A stretch of 64,000 nucleotides of DNA from Octopus bimaculoides (Eukaryota). The notes under the pieces are model-generated. The model saw only the letters and a list, made by a program, of their open reading frames with translations, was not told where the DNA came from and searched no databases. The translations under genes and the position numbers were made by a program. Positions 50,228 to 62,819 of this stretch are shown one piece after another. Position 1 is the first letter of the stretch. Each line of letters opens with the position of its first letter. Location of the stretch: NCBI RefSeq assembly GCF_001194135.2, contig NC_068989.1:16786753-16850752 (forward strand). Reading direction: 5' to 3'.

Positions 50228-50355
50228 GCCACTGAGGTCGACTGTACCTTTTATCCTTTTGGGGTCGATAAAATAAGTACTAGTTGAACACTTGGGTCGA
50301 TATAATCGACTTCACCCCTCCAAAACATTGCTGGTCTTGTGCAAAGATTTGAATT
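50228..50355 (+). mobile_element. SINE family E, 3' part
   Basis: ctgaggtcgact..atccttttggggtcgataaaataagtac. Confidence 0.8.
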
Positions 50356-50485
50356 CAATGTAGCGTGTATAAGTATTTATCTGACAGATTTTACGAAGCT
50401 ATTAATCATACTGTCCCTTTTTACAAACATGTGACGAAATACTATTACAATGCCGTCTGAAAGTATCTCACACTGTTCAATGCTC

Positions 50486-50754
50486 TTCCCAAAAGAGGAT
50501 ACGTTGGATAATTGTGTTTCTTCATACAACGACTATAAACGGAGAAGATTATGCAAGCCGAAATAAGAGGATGAAAAACAAACACGAATGCCGTTAAATT
50601 TTATAAAGAAACAAACAAGTGTTGTATGCTTCTTTATAAAATTTAACGGCATTCGTGTTTGTATTGTAACCACTGACTTTGGTTTGCATAATCTTCCGAG
50701 TATATAGTCGTAGTATGAAGAAACACCGTTATCCAATGTGTCCTCTTTTGGGAA
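50486..50754. repeat. 269-bp imperfect palindrome (MITE-like hairpin)
   Basis: Outer arms ttcccaaaagagga..ttggataa..gtgtttcttcatac.acgactata..gaagattatgcaa; perfect 31-bp inner stem aaacacgaatgccgttaaattttataaagaa. Confidence 0.9.
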
Positions 50755-50882
50755 ATTTACCCACTATTTCTACCAGGTTGAGCGACCACGTAGAGCCCCC
50801 CTCTGTGTTGCTTCATAACCTTTGTGAAATTCTAATATACCACAACGTAAACAACACAGCAAAACGATCAGAGCAAGTTCTA

Positions 50883-50967
50883 GATAGGTATCTAACATCG
50901 ATAGGTATCTAACATCGATAGGTATCTAACATCGATAGGTATCTAACATCGATAGGCATCTAACATT
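50883..50967. repeat. 17-bp tandem repeat x5 (gataggtatctaacatc)
   Basis: Directly visible; the last unit has two changes. Confidence 0.95.
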
Positions 50968-53624
50968 AAATTAACCATATGCAATCTTTCTAGGCAAGAC
51001 TGCTTACATTTAATTCTTCCATCGCATGTGACAGTAGCATGTGGATTTTTTTTACTAATTCTTTTTTTATGTAAACTGTTTCAGTAGTAAGTGGATTACA
51101 ATTCGTTGATCCGCTTGTTTGTGTAGAAAGATCAACATTTTTGTCTGCTAAGACTAGATTGTTGAACAGTACAGTAACTTCTATTGTATGCAGAGAAAGC
51201 AACCTAAATGTAACACGTGTTGAACATTTATCGTCCCATTGCTAATAGAACAACGTTTTTAGCGATATAATTGTACACCCTGGAAACGTGCTAACTCATC
51301 CTTGCAGTTCCAGAAACGTCCAATTAAGTTTTGTAATAAATAAAGTTTTACAAGTCATCCCTGTCCTAGAATTTGTACGAATTCATCCAGCTTACAACCT
51401 TTAGAAGTATAAACTTTCAGTTCAACTAATCAATTACATAGATCAGATTGTCTTACAAGGGGAAGATCGGTCGTTCATTGCATCAGTAATTTTTAAACTT
51501 CTCTCACATACAATTCCACTGTCAACTCATCAGTTTCCGCACTCCTGGAGAGTTTTGTAAAGATGTCCTCTTAGGATTGATTATCAAGGCTTATTATTTG
51601 TCTCTGCTAAGAATGACACGCAGTTCGCATATTTATGAGAGAGCTACCAGGTCATATTCGCTTGCAAGTGACGGCTAAACTTTAATATTTGAATTTTAGC
51701 TGGAATATGATAAATAATGTAGATACATAGCTGAAATAAAAGACTGGACGGTCGTAAATTTTATTGATCATTGTTGACTTGATGACAACGCTCGTAGCCT
51801 GATAACGCATGCGATATTTAGCTTCATCTTTCCACCTTCCGGGTGAATTGATAGAGTAGTTAGAGTGTAGAGTAGAAAGCGATAATTGTTCTGCTTCTTT
51901 ATGCTCCGAGTTCAAATCCCACTGAGGTTAACTTTCAATCATACGGGGGAAATATAAAAATAGAAGTCAAGTACTTGGTTGATACTTTGTTTATCGCCTG
52001 TGAATTAATTCGACTATTCATTCTCTGTATTGGCTATACTGAAGAAAGAGGAGTTCGTATTGCACTGCGCCAATCCTTCACCAAGACTCTGATTTGATAG
52101 ACGTGAATGGGTTATAATAGATCAATATACGAAGGGCAATATTACAGAAAGGAAAAGGGATGTAATAAGAATTGTTTCCCTTTAAATATATATATATATA
52201 TCTTACATTTTGAGAAATCTTAATGACAACTGCTTCGAAACCTCTAATCTCTATACTCAGCTAATGAATTAATATTTATAACAATAATTGATGCACTTAT
52301 GCCTACGTTCAATCTGGATAAGCCGGGGATGTCAGAAAAAGAAATAAACCAGCCAGATTGCAATACATCTGTAGGCAAAACTTTGCTCAAGTTCAAAATG
52401 TGAATTTGTTTATGTTTTCTACATTCCAACAATAGAGCTTCGTATCTTTGTTAGAAACCAGCTCCTACCTTACAGGAATGTTTCGGAAAATTAAGAATAG
52501 AACATACATACATGCATGCGTACTAGAACTGATTTTTTCAGTTTTATGACTATTTTTATCTGTTGTTTGGTTTATATTTCTCAAATACCACACACATTTA
52601 CATCATTCTTTATACAAGTGAGTATTGCTGACTAAAAGTAGCGAATTACGAAAGTACTATATATATGTTATTATTGTATATTTTCGTTGATATAACTGAC
52701 TTTTCGCGGTCCCAGTTGATTTGTCTTATTTATTTATTTGTATTGTAGTACATCTGAGCACTATATACAATTAGTTCATTATTACTTCTTTCGTTTTTGC
52801 ATCATTGAAATATAAAATGTAATTGTTTTGTAATTTACTGACAATTTCAACAGATTTTACTACAAAAGACATTAAGCATAATTCCACGTACTAATGTAGT
52901 GTAAAATATTGTTAAATACATTAGATCCATTCTTTCTAAATGTATGTCGCCAAATAAACATACCTAAATGGTTTGAGATCAAGAACTGTTTTTTTAATTT
53001 TTTCTTATGAGAGGGACGCATCTATATATCTCGAGTGACTGTTGTTTGGTCAATGTCATTTTGAAAGACATGAGGTATATTGGAATTTTATTTTTTTAAA
53101 ATATTACATCAATTCTTACAAGTCAAATGTTGATTAAAATTTTTACGTATTATATATGCAAAATAGTAAACGCGTAGTTTGAAGCAAAGGAGCTATTAAC
53201 ACCAACAGCAACTATTTACAATAATGAAAAGAAGAAAAAAACGACCAGAAGTCGGTCGTGTCTATAAAACATGTTGTAATTATAATATATCTGTTTCGTT
53301 GTATCTTATAGCAATTACTTTTCAATGCATTTTAGAATTTCGTGCTCCATTCAAAGACTAGATATACATTCGAAACAAAATATATTTCGCAGTAAACAGT
53401 AATTTATGCACCATAGCAGGTATGATATAATATACATGAAATATTTTTGTTCCTGTTTAGGTAACGACATATAGAATCATTCTTTTCTGATTGAAGAAGC
53501 TAACGATATTCTAGCTATGATAAACATTTAATATTGTATTGCTTGGATGGAAAATATACATGTATTTTTTGTGGGATCCGGACAAAAGCCCCACGGTTAT
53601 ATTTTTCGGTTTCTTTTTTTTCAC

Positions 53625-54350
53625 CTTTTACTTGTTTCAGTCATTAGATTGTGGCCATGGGGTACCATCTTGAAGAATCTTTAGTAGAACGTATCGATCC
53701 TAGAATTTTTTTTCCTTTTTTACTTGTTGCAGTTATTAGACTACGGTCTGCCATGAGGGGAGGAGGCATTGGAGGAGGTGATCTTCTGTTGGATGATGAA
53801 AAGGTTATAGTGAGACAGATACAGGTGTCTTGCTGTAGAGGAAGTAGAAGGTTACCCGGCCGGCGAGAGAAAGATCAGGAATGAAGATAGAAAGAGGTGT
53901 GCTACCGCAAAGGAAATACACGGTTACGTAACCTGAAGGAGGTGCAGGGGAAGATGAGAGAGAGTGGGAGACAGCAGGATAGAGATGGTGGCAGGGATCA
54001 GAATATAAATAGGATGGTGGAGTAAAGAAAGAGAGAGATATAGATGGTGGCAAGTGCCAGGGCATACCATTGAGGTATATTATATTATGGCAATGCCATA
54101 ATATAAGTGGCAAGATATTGCGAAGGGTGTGTGATTAAAGAGTGCAAGTAGGTGGCGAAAGACCTGGGTATGTATGGAGTGGGGGTGGGGGGATACCAGA
54201 TAGCAATGACACAGAGGAACATGATTGGGGAGTGAGAGCTAGGTATATTATATAATGGGGTTGTGTGCAGGTGGAGGCAGGTCGGAGGCAAGCGGAAAGC
54301 AATGATACAGTGGCACAGGGCCAAGAGGACAGGATTGGGGAGTGGGAGTG
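53625..54350 (-). mobile_element. SINE B 3' fragment (53625-53705) followed by a purine-rich family D-like retroposon body
   Basis: ggaggaggtgatctt..gatgatgaaaaggtt..acaggtgtcttgctgtagagga matches 37980-38050 and the reverse complement of 57150-57215. Confidence 0.55.
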
Positions 54351-56682
54351 AAAAAAAATCACAAATTTCATTTAATTTGCTTTGTATGTAGGGTCTTCCA
54401 TACTTTTTGAATCTCTTTATAAAAGTGAAAGGATTTTGTCAATTTATTTATTCCGACTGTCCACCTGCTACAGTTATTAAATTGACTAGGAACACTGTAC
54501 ATGATGAATGTCCAATACCAAACAATCTCATCTCCATATTTAAACTGCATTAAACTTTAATAAGCTTACCTTTATCTATTCTGAGTTACCTGAAAGGTGA
54601 TGGTCTCTTCTATCTGTTGATACCTTTGTTTACCTACCAATGCGTTGTTTCACTTTAAGGATGCTTATTTGGTAAACTTCGACTGTTGTCCATTGTTTCA
54701 AATATATTTTAGCATTGTCGTTCTAGCCTTTTTTTAAACAATCACATATGATTCATCCTTTAAATAAGAGTTTTGCTTCCACTAGCGAAAGCTATATGTA
54801 TCTTTCAGAAAGCTCCATACCAATTTAACTTTATGCAGCATTCGCTGTTAGTTTATGCACAGGCTATGTGGGAAGACAGAATAAAGGGACTTTTATTAGC
54901 TTATTGCTCCGAAAAAATAACTCCCTTTGCTGTTGAAAAAAATAAACTCGCAGAGGGGAAGTTTCAACATCTTCCTTCAATTTCATTACACGATTCATGT
55001 GGCTGCTTTTCACAAGAAATTTCACTTTCATGCAGAACAACTATATTTTGTAGTCATTATCTGTAATCTACTCCCAAAACACTTCAGTAGCTCTGCTTTG
55101 CATCGCTTGCAAACTTATATGTTCAGTGCTCATTAAAGTGCAACAACCTCCACAATAATCAACCTTCAATCTGATTTTCCGTTCCTAGGTTGATCGGAAA
55201 CATAGATTGCCATGCTACTCATAAAACTTCTTGGTAATTCAATTATTTGGTGAGAAAATACCACCAGAGCAACTTAAACTGTCCAAAGGACAGGTGCACA
55301 CGCTAGTTCTACAATGTGTGTGTGTGCGTGACGGTTAGTTCTCTGTTGCAGTCGAGGGTCTCCGATTGTAACGGTATGGTTATGGTGGAACCAGTGGTCA
55401 CCAGTGTAATGATGCCTGTTATGGTAGTTGTAACGATATGCAACGGCTCTTGTCGCGTCAGAAGGAAGTAGTTCTTTCTAGTCTGAGTTACCAATGTAAC
55501 GGCAATAGTATACGTTGTTTGCCATTTGTAAGATGAAACAAGAACAGTGATCGAAGTTGTAAAGAAATATTTATTTACCGTTACTTTGTATATATTCCAA
55601 ACCACGAAAGGTTAGTATGTATAATTAGTAAATGGAAAAGCATGCGAGGTAAAAAAAAAAGAGTTAATTTCGGCTTGTGTGTGTGTGTACATGTTCTTAA
55701 ACCATAGGTAGTGATAGCACGATGTAGTAAGAGAAAAGAAAGTGAGCTAGTGAAAGTTATAGAGTCGAGGAAAGTTGTGTTGCATAGTTGGCTGGTTGTA
55801 ACCTTCTTTTTCCCTCTGGCTGTTTGTCTTTAGTGGTTGCCTGCATATATAGGTACAGGACATAAAAAAAAAAAAACATTAAACAATGAGAAACGAAAAC
55901 ATAGAAAACGAACTTTTTTCAAACAACGAAAACAAACAAACAGAGAAACAAGACATGCAACATAAAGAGTATACCCCTTCGTCAGTTGTCCCTACTTCAT
56001 CTACTCTGCATTTCGAAAGCAAGGACAATACGCGACTTCGTTGGAACAGTCCTTCCCGCAAAGCAAATTAAATAAAATTTGGGAGTTTTTGCGGAGGGTG
56101 AAAGTGTTAACAAGAACAGGACAGTGAGAACAAGACAGTAAAAACAAACGGTGAGGGCTGTTGAGCCAAGACGATAGAAAAATTATGAACACTAGGTAGA
56201 TGAGCCATGAAGCATTTTCTGAAGAAGAAGTCTATGCTTTGCGGTGCAATTCTAGATATGTTTATGATGTTATCAGGACAGATCGTCTGATATTATGAGG
56301 CATAGTATTTGTAGACTTTGAGTGCTTAAATTACATATTGTCCAAAATTACAGAGGGTGAGACATAATATTATTTCCTTGTTAGTTTTTGTGCCTTTGTA
56401 TTGTAGAAACAAGAGTGTTACATGTAAGTTTCTGTACACATTCAAACTGCATCTAACTGAGAAATATATACTCCTCAGACTGTCTCTAGTTACAACAGAT
56501 CTTCATAAGATAATCACAATCATTAGCATATATGATTCACTGCCTAACATCTAATATCTAGGATTTGGTATCAAATAATTTCAACAAATTATATAGATTC
56601 AAAGTAAACAGCTGTGTTAGTAAAAGCATTGGTTAGATGTTCTATATATAAAAGAAAAGGAGAATAATTTAAGTAAACCAGC

Positions 56683-56688
56683 TTTATT
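56683..56688 (-). terminator. Candidate distal poly(A) signal of ZNF gene 3
   Basis: Same cagctttatttaaatt context as 24969. Confidence 0.45.
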
Positions 56689-57104
56689 TAAATTTCAGGT
56701 TATTAAGCATATTCACAAAGGATAATAGGATCAATACTCAAGATAACAAAAGACAGAAAATGTGATATCTTGTATAGCAGATATGTCCAGCACATATAAG
56801 CATACAGAATCAAGATAAGACCAGTCATGAGGATGATTCATAAATCACATAATCCACTTTGAATTTATATAAACAACTGAGTTATATTGAAGCTTGCAAA
56901 CTAACATTCAATTTAATCATCAGGTTTGAAAGAATCATACTATAAAGAAAATGAGAGAATTATATACATCTTACCAACATGAGAATCATTACTTTGATAG
57001 AATACATTCATAAGTTTACACCATAAGATATATGAAAGAATGTATGGAAGACTGGGGATATATATTTTTTCTCTCTGTAACTTGAGGGTTCACCTCCAAC
57101 ACAT

Positions 57105-57475
57105 CTTGCCTCTCTCTCTTCTTTCATTTTTTTTACATGGGGTGGCCATGTATCTCCTCTACTGAAAGACACATATTTCTATCCCTCTATTATACCCTAA
57201 CCTTTCATCACCTGGTAAAAAGTTATCTTGCTCAATATCACTCCCCACTCAGTTGAGGGGGTCTTGCCTTGCAAGTTACTTGGTGACTTTGCTGGTGATG
57301 GTGCCGCATAAAAGGCACTCAGTACACTCTCTAAAGTGGTTGGCATTAGGAAGGACATCTAGCCATAGAAATCATACAGTACAGTAGAGCTTGGCACAGT
57401 CCCCTGGCTTACAAGCATCTGTCAAACTGTCCAATCCATGCCAACATGGAAAACAGACGTTAAATGACGATGATT
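57105..57475 (+). mobile_element. RTE-tailed retroposon (family D)
   Basis: Ends ..catgccaacatggaaaacagacgttaaatgacgatgat. Confidence 0.75.
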
Positions 57476-57542
57476 TGTAATATAATAACTGCAATGTTAT
57501 CTTTCATTTATGAAAATACATTCCCAGGCTATTTAACCACAC

Positions 57543-57927
57543 TGTTGTTGGCACTCCGTCACTTACGACGTCGAGGGTTCCAGTTGATCCGATCAACAGA
57601 ACAGCCTGCTCATGAAATTAACATGCAAGTGGCTGAGCACTCCACAGACACATGTACCCTTAACGTAGTTCTCGGGGATATTCAGCATGACACAGTGTGA
57701 CAAGGCTGACCCTTTGAATTACAGGAACAACAGAAACAGGAAGTAAGAGTGAGAGAAAGTTGTGGTGAAAGAGTACAGCAGAGTTTGCCACCATCCCCTG
57801 CCAGAGCCTCGTGGAGCTTTAGGTGTTTTCACTCAATAAACACTTACAACGCCTGGTCTGGGAATTGAAACCGCGATCTTATGACGGCGAGTCCGCTGCC
57901 CTAACCACTGGGCCATTGCGCCTCCAC
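57543..57927 (-). mobile_element. SINE family A, full length
   Basis: High identity to the other A copies. Confidence 0.92.
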
Positions 57928-58000
57928 AATATCAAATTAATCAATCATGTTTTTACTCTCTTCTGGAAGTATGTAACATGAAATATATAGGACTTTTCTG

Positions 58001-58241
58001 GCTTTTATTAAAAATATCACAGCTATTTCACTAATGTAGATATAGCTGAGACTATATGAATTATAGTATTGACAAGTTGTTATCACACAGCTTATCTTCT
58101 TTGACATGAATACATTTATGATTATGTAAGATGTTTTGTTTCTTAGAATGAGTTTTGACATCGTCACAGATACACTTCCATATGAATATATACAAATGTA
58201 GGTAAGTGACTTTTTTGAGAATGTCATACTACAGAAATCAA
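58001..58241 (-). pseudogene. About 3 decayed C2H2 fingers in the 3' UTR of ZNF gene 3
   Basis: Restored frame reads GEKPHN(C)DFCSMTFSKKSLT; ends tgtgatatttttAATAAAagc (CDIxNKS), as in gene 1. Confidence 0.7.
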
Positions 58242-59117
58242 TTATGAGGCTTTTTCTCCTGAAAGTAAGCATTTGTGTCTCGTTAAAGTACCTGTCTGAG
58301 AAAATGATTTACCACAGCTATTACAACAATAGGGCTTTTCTCCAGTATGAATGCGATTGTGAGTAGTTAAGTTACTTCTTCCAGTGAACGATTTATCACA
58401 GATATCACAGTGAAATGGCTTCTCTCCTGTATGAACGCGTTTGTGTTTCGTCAAGTGACTGCGTTGAGAGAATGATCTACCACAAATATCACAGAGATAT
58501 GGCTTCTCTCCTGTATGAATGCGTCTGTGTGTAATTAAAACACTTCCATCATAGAATGATTTACCACAGATATCACAAAATGGCTTGTCTCCTGTATGTA
58601 TGTGTTTATGAGTAGTTAATTCACTTGTTTGAGAGAATGATTTACCACAAATATCACACTGATATGGCTTTTCTCCAGTATGAATGCGTATATGTGTAGT
58701 TAACCCATGGCTTTGAGAGAATGATTTGCCACAGATACTACATTCATGTAGTTTTTCTCCTGTATGAATACGTGTGTGTTTAGTTAAACCACTACTTTGA
58801 GAGAATGATTTATCACAGATTTCACAGTGATATGGTTTCTCTCCTGTATGAATGCGTTTGTGGCCAGTTAGCCTATATCTTTGAGAGAATGATTTATCAC
58901 AGATATCACAGTGATATGGCTTTTCCCCTGTATGAATACGTTTGTGCCTAGTTATGTGAGCTTTTTGAGAAAATGACTTTTTACAGATATCACAGTGGTA
59001 AAATGCTTTTGATGTCTCTTTCAGCATCTCATCATGAAAACCAATACCTTCAGATATTTTTTTACATTTAACCTGTTTCTCACATATTTTATTTTCCATC
59101 ATTTTTTTACCTCTCAT
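58242..59117 (-). CDS. C2H2 zinc-finger protein, 8 intact fingers plus 1 lacking its second His (ZNF gene 3); the start may be the MEN ATG at 59099
   Basis: Tandem C-x2-C-x12-H-x3-H units with TGEKP linkers; leader homologous to gene 1. Confidence 0.95.
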   Translation of the reverse strand: MRGKKMMENKICEKQVKCKKISEGIGFHDEMLKETSKAFYHCDICKKSFSQKAHITRHKRIHTGEKPYHCDICDKSFSQRYRLTGHKRIHTGEKPYHCEICDKSFSQSSGLTKHTRIHTGEKLHECSICGKSFSQSHGLTTHIRIHTGEKPYQCDICGKSFSQTSELTTHKHIHTGDKPFCDICGKSFYDGSVLITHRRIHTGEKPYLCDICGRSFSQRSHLTKHKRVHTGEKPFHCDICDKSFTGRSNLTTHNRIHTGEKPYCCNSCGKSFSQTGTLTRHKCLLSGEKAS

Positions 59118-59405
59118 ATCAGCATTAGGATTCTTTTTGATTGTGATACTTGAAATTGATAGATAATCCTTTGTAAATTTATCAAGTTTAATCAGAATGC
59201 AAAATTATCTTGAGCATATTTCAGATAATAAAGTAGAGCAGTGTTTACAATAATCTCACTCAGAATAAACATTTCACAGTACTTTCACATAACATCTTCT
59301 CTCATGTAATATCTTTCTTTAGTTTTAAAAGATGATAAATTTTGATGATGCAGCCACAAAAAAAAAAAAAAAAAAAATTCTCTTATGCCAATGTCATCTG
59401 ATTTT

Positions 59406-59423
59406 CTGAAATAATAGAGAAAC
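59406..59423 (-). promoter_or_regulatory. Probable 3' splice site of a 5'-UTR intron of ZNF gene 3
   Basis: gtttctctattatttcag|, identical to the gene 1 site. Confidence 0.65.
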
Positions 59424-59548
59424 GATTTAAGATATAGAGGATACATAAGAAATATAGATTCAACAGTAGATATTTTGCATTTTCATACTGACAAACTAGA
59501 TATAAACAATCATTTGAACAACTGAACTTTACTTTTCAATTCGTTTAT

Positions 59549-59930
59549 AGGTGCAGGCATGGCTGAATGGTTAAGAAGTTCCTTTTGCAACCATATGGTT
59601 TCAGGTTCAGTTCCACAGCACAACACCTCAAGCAAGTGTCTCTAGGCTGACCAATGCCTTACAGGTGAATTTGGTAGATGAAAACTGTGTGGAAGTCCAC
59701 CATATATGCATGTGTGCTTTTGTATTTGTCACCCACCACTGCTTGACAACCTGAGTTGGTTTTATTTTTTTATGTTCTCTGTAACTTAGCAGTTCAGTAA
59801 AAGGAACTGATAGAATAAGTACCAAAAGTGAGAATAAGAAGTGGGATTGATTTGTTTGACTGGAGCCCTTCAAAGTGGTGCTGCAGCATGGGCACAGTCC
59901 AATCACTGAAACAAATAAAAGGTAAAAGAT
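59549..59930 (+). mobile_element. SINE family B, degenerate full length
   Basis: ataggtgcaggcatggctgaatggttaag head through ctgaaacaaataaaaggtaaaag. Confidence 0.85.
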
Positions 59931-60291
59931 CCAACCTTTTTTACATTTATAAATAACAGTCATATCTTCAGAGTATGCAACATTGAACTGTATGGAATAT
60001 AACATTGTTAGGTTGTTGTCACAGCTATAATTTCTTTCTAGTTCCATTAGATTACAGAATAATGAAGAGATCAAAATCTAATCTCTCCAGAAATATAACC
60101 ACTCATTGTTCAGCTGTTGTTCTTTAGCTTTATGTCATCCCTAAATGAACCGACTTATGATCAAGGGCATTGCAGTGTAAGGATTTTAGTGTAGTAAATA
60201 ATTGGGGGTATAAATGGATCAAAATTGAAGTATCAGAACATGGTATGGTTCATATTAGATGAACCCCAGTAATAGAGAAACATCTCTTTAA

Positions 60292-60499
60292 CTCTTTTAC
60301 TTGTTTCAGTCATTTGACTGCGGCCATGCTGGAGCAGCACCTTTAGTCGAGCAAATTGACCCCAGGACTTATTCTTTGGAAGCCTAGTACTTATTCTATC
60401 GGTCTCTTTTGCCGAACCACTAAGTTACGGGGACGTAAACACACCAGCATTGGTTGTCAAGCGATGTTGGGAGGACAAACACAGACACAAACATATACG

Positions 60500-60539
<40 letters not shown>

Positions 60540-60845
60540 TACGACGGGCTTCTTTCAGTTTCCGTCTACCAAATCCACTCACAAGGCTTTGGTTGGCGGG
60601 AGGCTATAGTAGAAGACTGAAAGAAGCCCNNNNNNNNNNNNNNNNNNNNNNNNNNNNNNNNNNNNNNNNNNNNNNNNNNNNNNNNNNNNNNNNNNNNNNN
60701 NNNNNNNNNNNNNNNNNNNNNNNNNNNNNNNNNNNNNNNNNNNNNNNNNNNNNNNNNNNNNNNNNNNGTATGTGTGTGTAGGAATGAACCGGGGACCATG
60801 TGGTTGGTGAGCAAGCTACTTATCACACAGCCACTCCTACGCCTA
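60292..60845 (-). mobile_element. SINE family B, gapped
   Basis: High identity to 6107-6503. Confidence 0.9.
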
Positions 60846-61069
60846 TGGAAAAATATAAAATTTAAAATTTTCCCCTACAACTAAAGTTGGAGTGGCGGCG
60901 GTGAGTGTGTGTGTGGCAAGGGAGGGGGTTTATTGATTTGTAAGTGCTAGTCTAGATTCACAACTCCTTTAGTAGTTTCACTTTTATTTTACACTCAACA
61001 CTTTCACTTTTAACTCATACTTTTATGCACATCCACAAAAGCTAGACACAAAAAAAAAAAAACATTGAG

Positions 61070-61398
61070 AGAGCCTGTATGTCTTTGCTCAACTTAGAGA
61101 TAGTAGGTAAATCTCCGTCAAATAAAATCCTACTGTCTTATAAAAGAAAAGATACATGAGATAGCATAAACCTAAATACAACTAAAAAGATGCATGCTCA
61201 ATCAAAGTTGGTCAAAGGTTAAATAACATGTGTATTGAAGACGGCAAATTTCTTCATAAATTTTATGGTAACAAAGTGTAACACCAAGGGGTATTAGTTT
61301 GTCATAATGATTATTTGAGAAGAAATGGTCATGTGTGAAATACTTTTGATCATAGGACTGCTGGGTCAGAACTGGCCTGGGGTTAAACAACAATAACA
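61070..61398 (+). mobile_element. SINE-like family G copies, degenerate
   Basis: ttgctcaacttagagatagtag..aaatctcc and ttttgatcatagg..ctggcctggggttaaacaacaa. Confidence 0.5.
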
Positions 61399-61564
61399 AT
61401 TAGCAACAAACAGACTCATTTCAACTAAAGTGGAAACCTCTACACAGGTACCCAATCTGCCAGAAACAGGTAAATATCCACCCTGAGAGAACAACTGCAT
61501 ATCTTCAGTTGAGGATATTTGTTACGTACAATTTCCATAACATTTAACTGTATTTTATTTTTGT

Positions 61565-62054
61565 CTTTATCTTTTACTTGTTTCAGTCATTTGACGGCGG
61601 CCATGCTGGGGTATCGCCTTGAAGGGTTTTAGTCGAACAAATCGACCCCCAGGACTGTATCTTAAAGCATAGTACTTATTCTATCGGTTTCTTTTGCTGA
61701 ACAGCGAAGCTACAGGGATCTAAATACACCAACACCAGTTGTCAAGCGGTGGCGGGGAACAAACACAGAAACAAAGACACACACACACACATATATATAT
61801 ATATGGTAATCTTCAAGTTTAGCGGGATGAAAAAATAAATAAAAATATTCAAGGGAAGTAACTGAACGTCTTACCAGTATTCTCCGTACATCTCTGTTTA
61901 TAAATAAATCACACACGTGATTTGATTGACGTTAGGATTAGTGTTAGGGTGTGATTTATTTATAAACAGCTAGAAGAAAACGGATAATACTGGTAAGTCG
62001 TTCAGTTATTTCCCTTGAATATTTTTTTTTTATCCCCCTAAACTTGAAGATTAC

Positions 62055-62088
<34 letters not shown>

Positions 62089-62245
62089 GACGGGCTTCAT
62101 TCAGTTTGTCTACCAAATCTCCTCACAAGGATTTAGTCGGCCGGAGGTTATAGTAGAAGACACTACTCCAACGTGCCACACAATGTAACTGAACCCGGAA
62201 TTATGTTGTTGCGAAGCAAGCTTCTTACCACACAGCCACGCCTGC
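61565..62245 (-). mobile_element. SINE family B interrupted in its central (TA)n by MITE M4
   Basis: 3' half 61565-61804, 5' half 62056-62245. Confidence 0.85.
61805..62055. mobile_element. Foldback MITE M4 (GGTAA termini)
   Basis: 251 bp, nearly all palindromic (ggtaatcttcaagtttag..aatattcaagggaa.taactgaacg.cttaccagtatt..ctgtttataaataaatcacac); centre gttaggattagtgttaggg; inserted in (TA)n, so the TSD is unreadable. Confidence 0.9.
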
Positions 62246-62400
62246 AGTAAAATTTTCAGAAATACTACATATACATATATATATATTCTTTCAGCAGCAT
62301 ATGTCAGAGACTAAGTAATCATAGATACACAATGTTTGGAAAAGATTGGGATAGTTTTGACTATTTGTATATGCGACCAAGACTGACTTGAGGCCAAAAT

Positions 62401-62819
62401 GGTCCAGATGGACTATATGTAATCTGAACCTTCCCCCCCTTATTTATTAATTTTTTTTACGGAATCCCACGTTTTAGGCTATGGAGATTCCGATTCTGAA
62501 AAAAAATTGTTTGAAAAATTNNNNNNNNNNNNNNNNNNNNNNNNNNNNNNNNNNNNNNNNNNNNNNNNNNNNNNNNNNNNNNNNNNNNNNNNNNNNNNNN
62601 NNNNNNNNNNNNNNNNNNNNNNNNNNNNNNNNNNNNNNNNNNNNNNNNNNNNNNNNNNNNNNNNNNNNNNNGGGGGGGGGGGTATCGAAATTTTGAAATT
62701 GAGATTTTTGAAAATTTTTTTTCAGAATCGGAATCTCCATAGCCTAAAAACGTGGGATTCCGTAAAAAAAAAAAAAATAAGGGAGGAAAGGTTCAGATTA
62801 CATATAGTCCATCTGGACT
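62401..62819. mobile_element. MITE M5 with TIRs over 100 bp
   Basis: TIR (g/a)gtccagatggactatatgtaatctgaacctt..tacggaatcccacgtttt.ggctatggagattccgattctgaaaaaa; perfect 8-bp TSD gccaaaat (62393-62400, 62820-62827). Confidence 0.9.
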
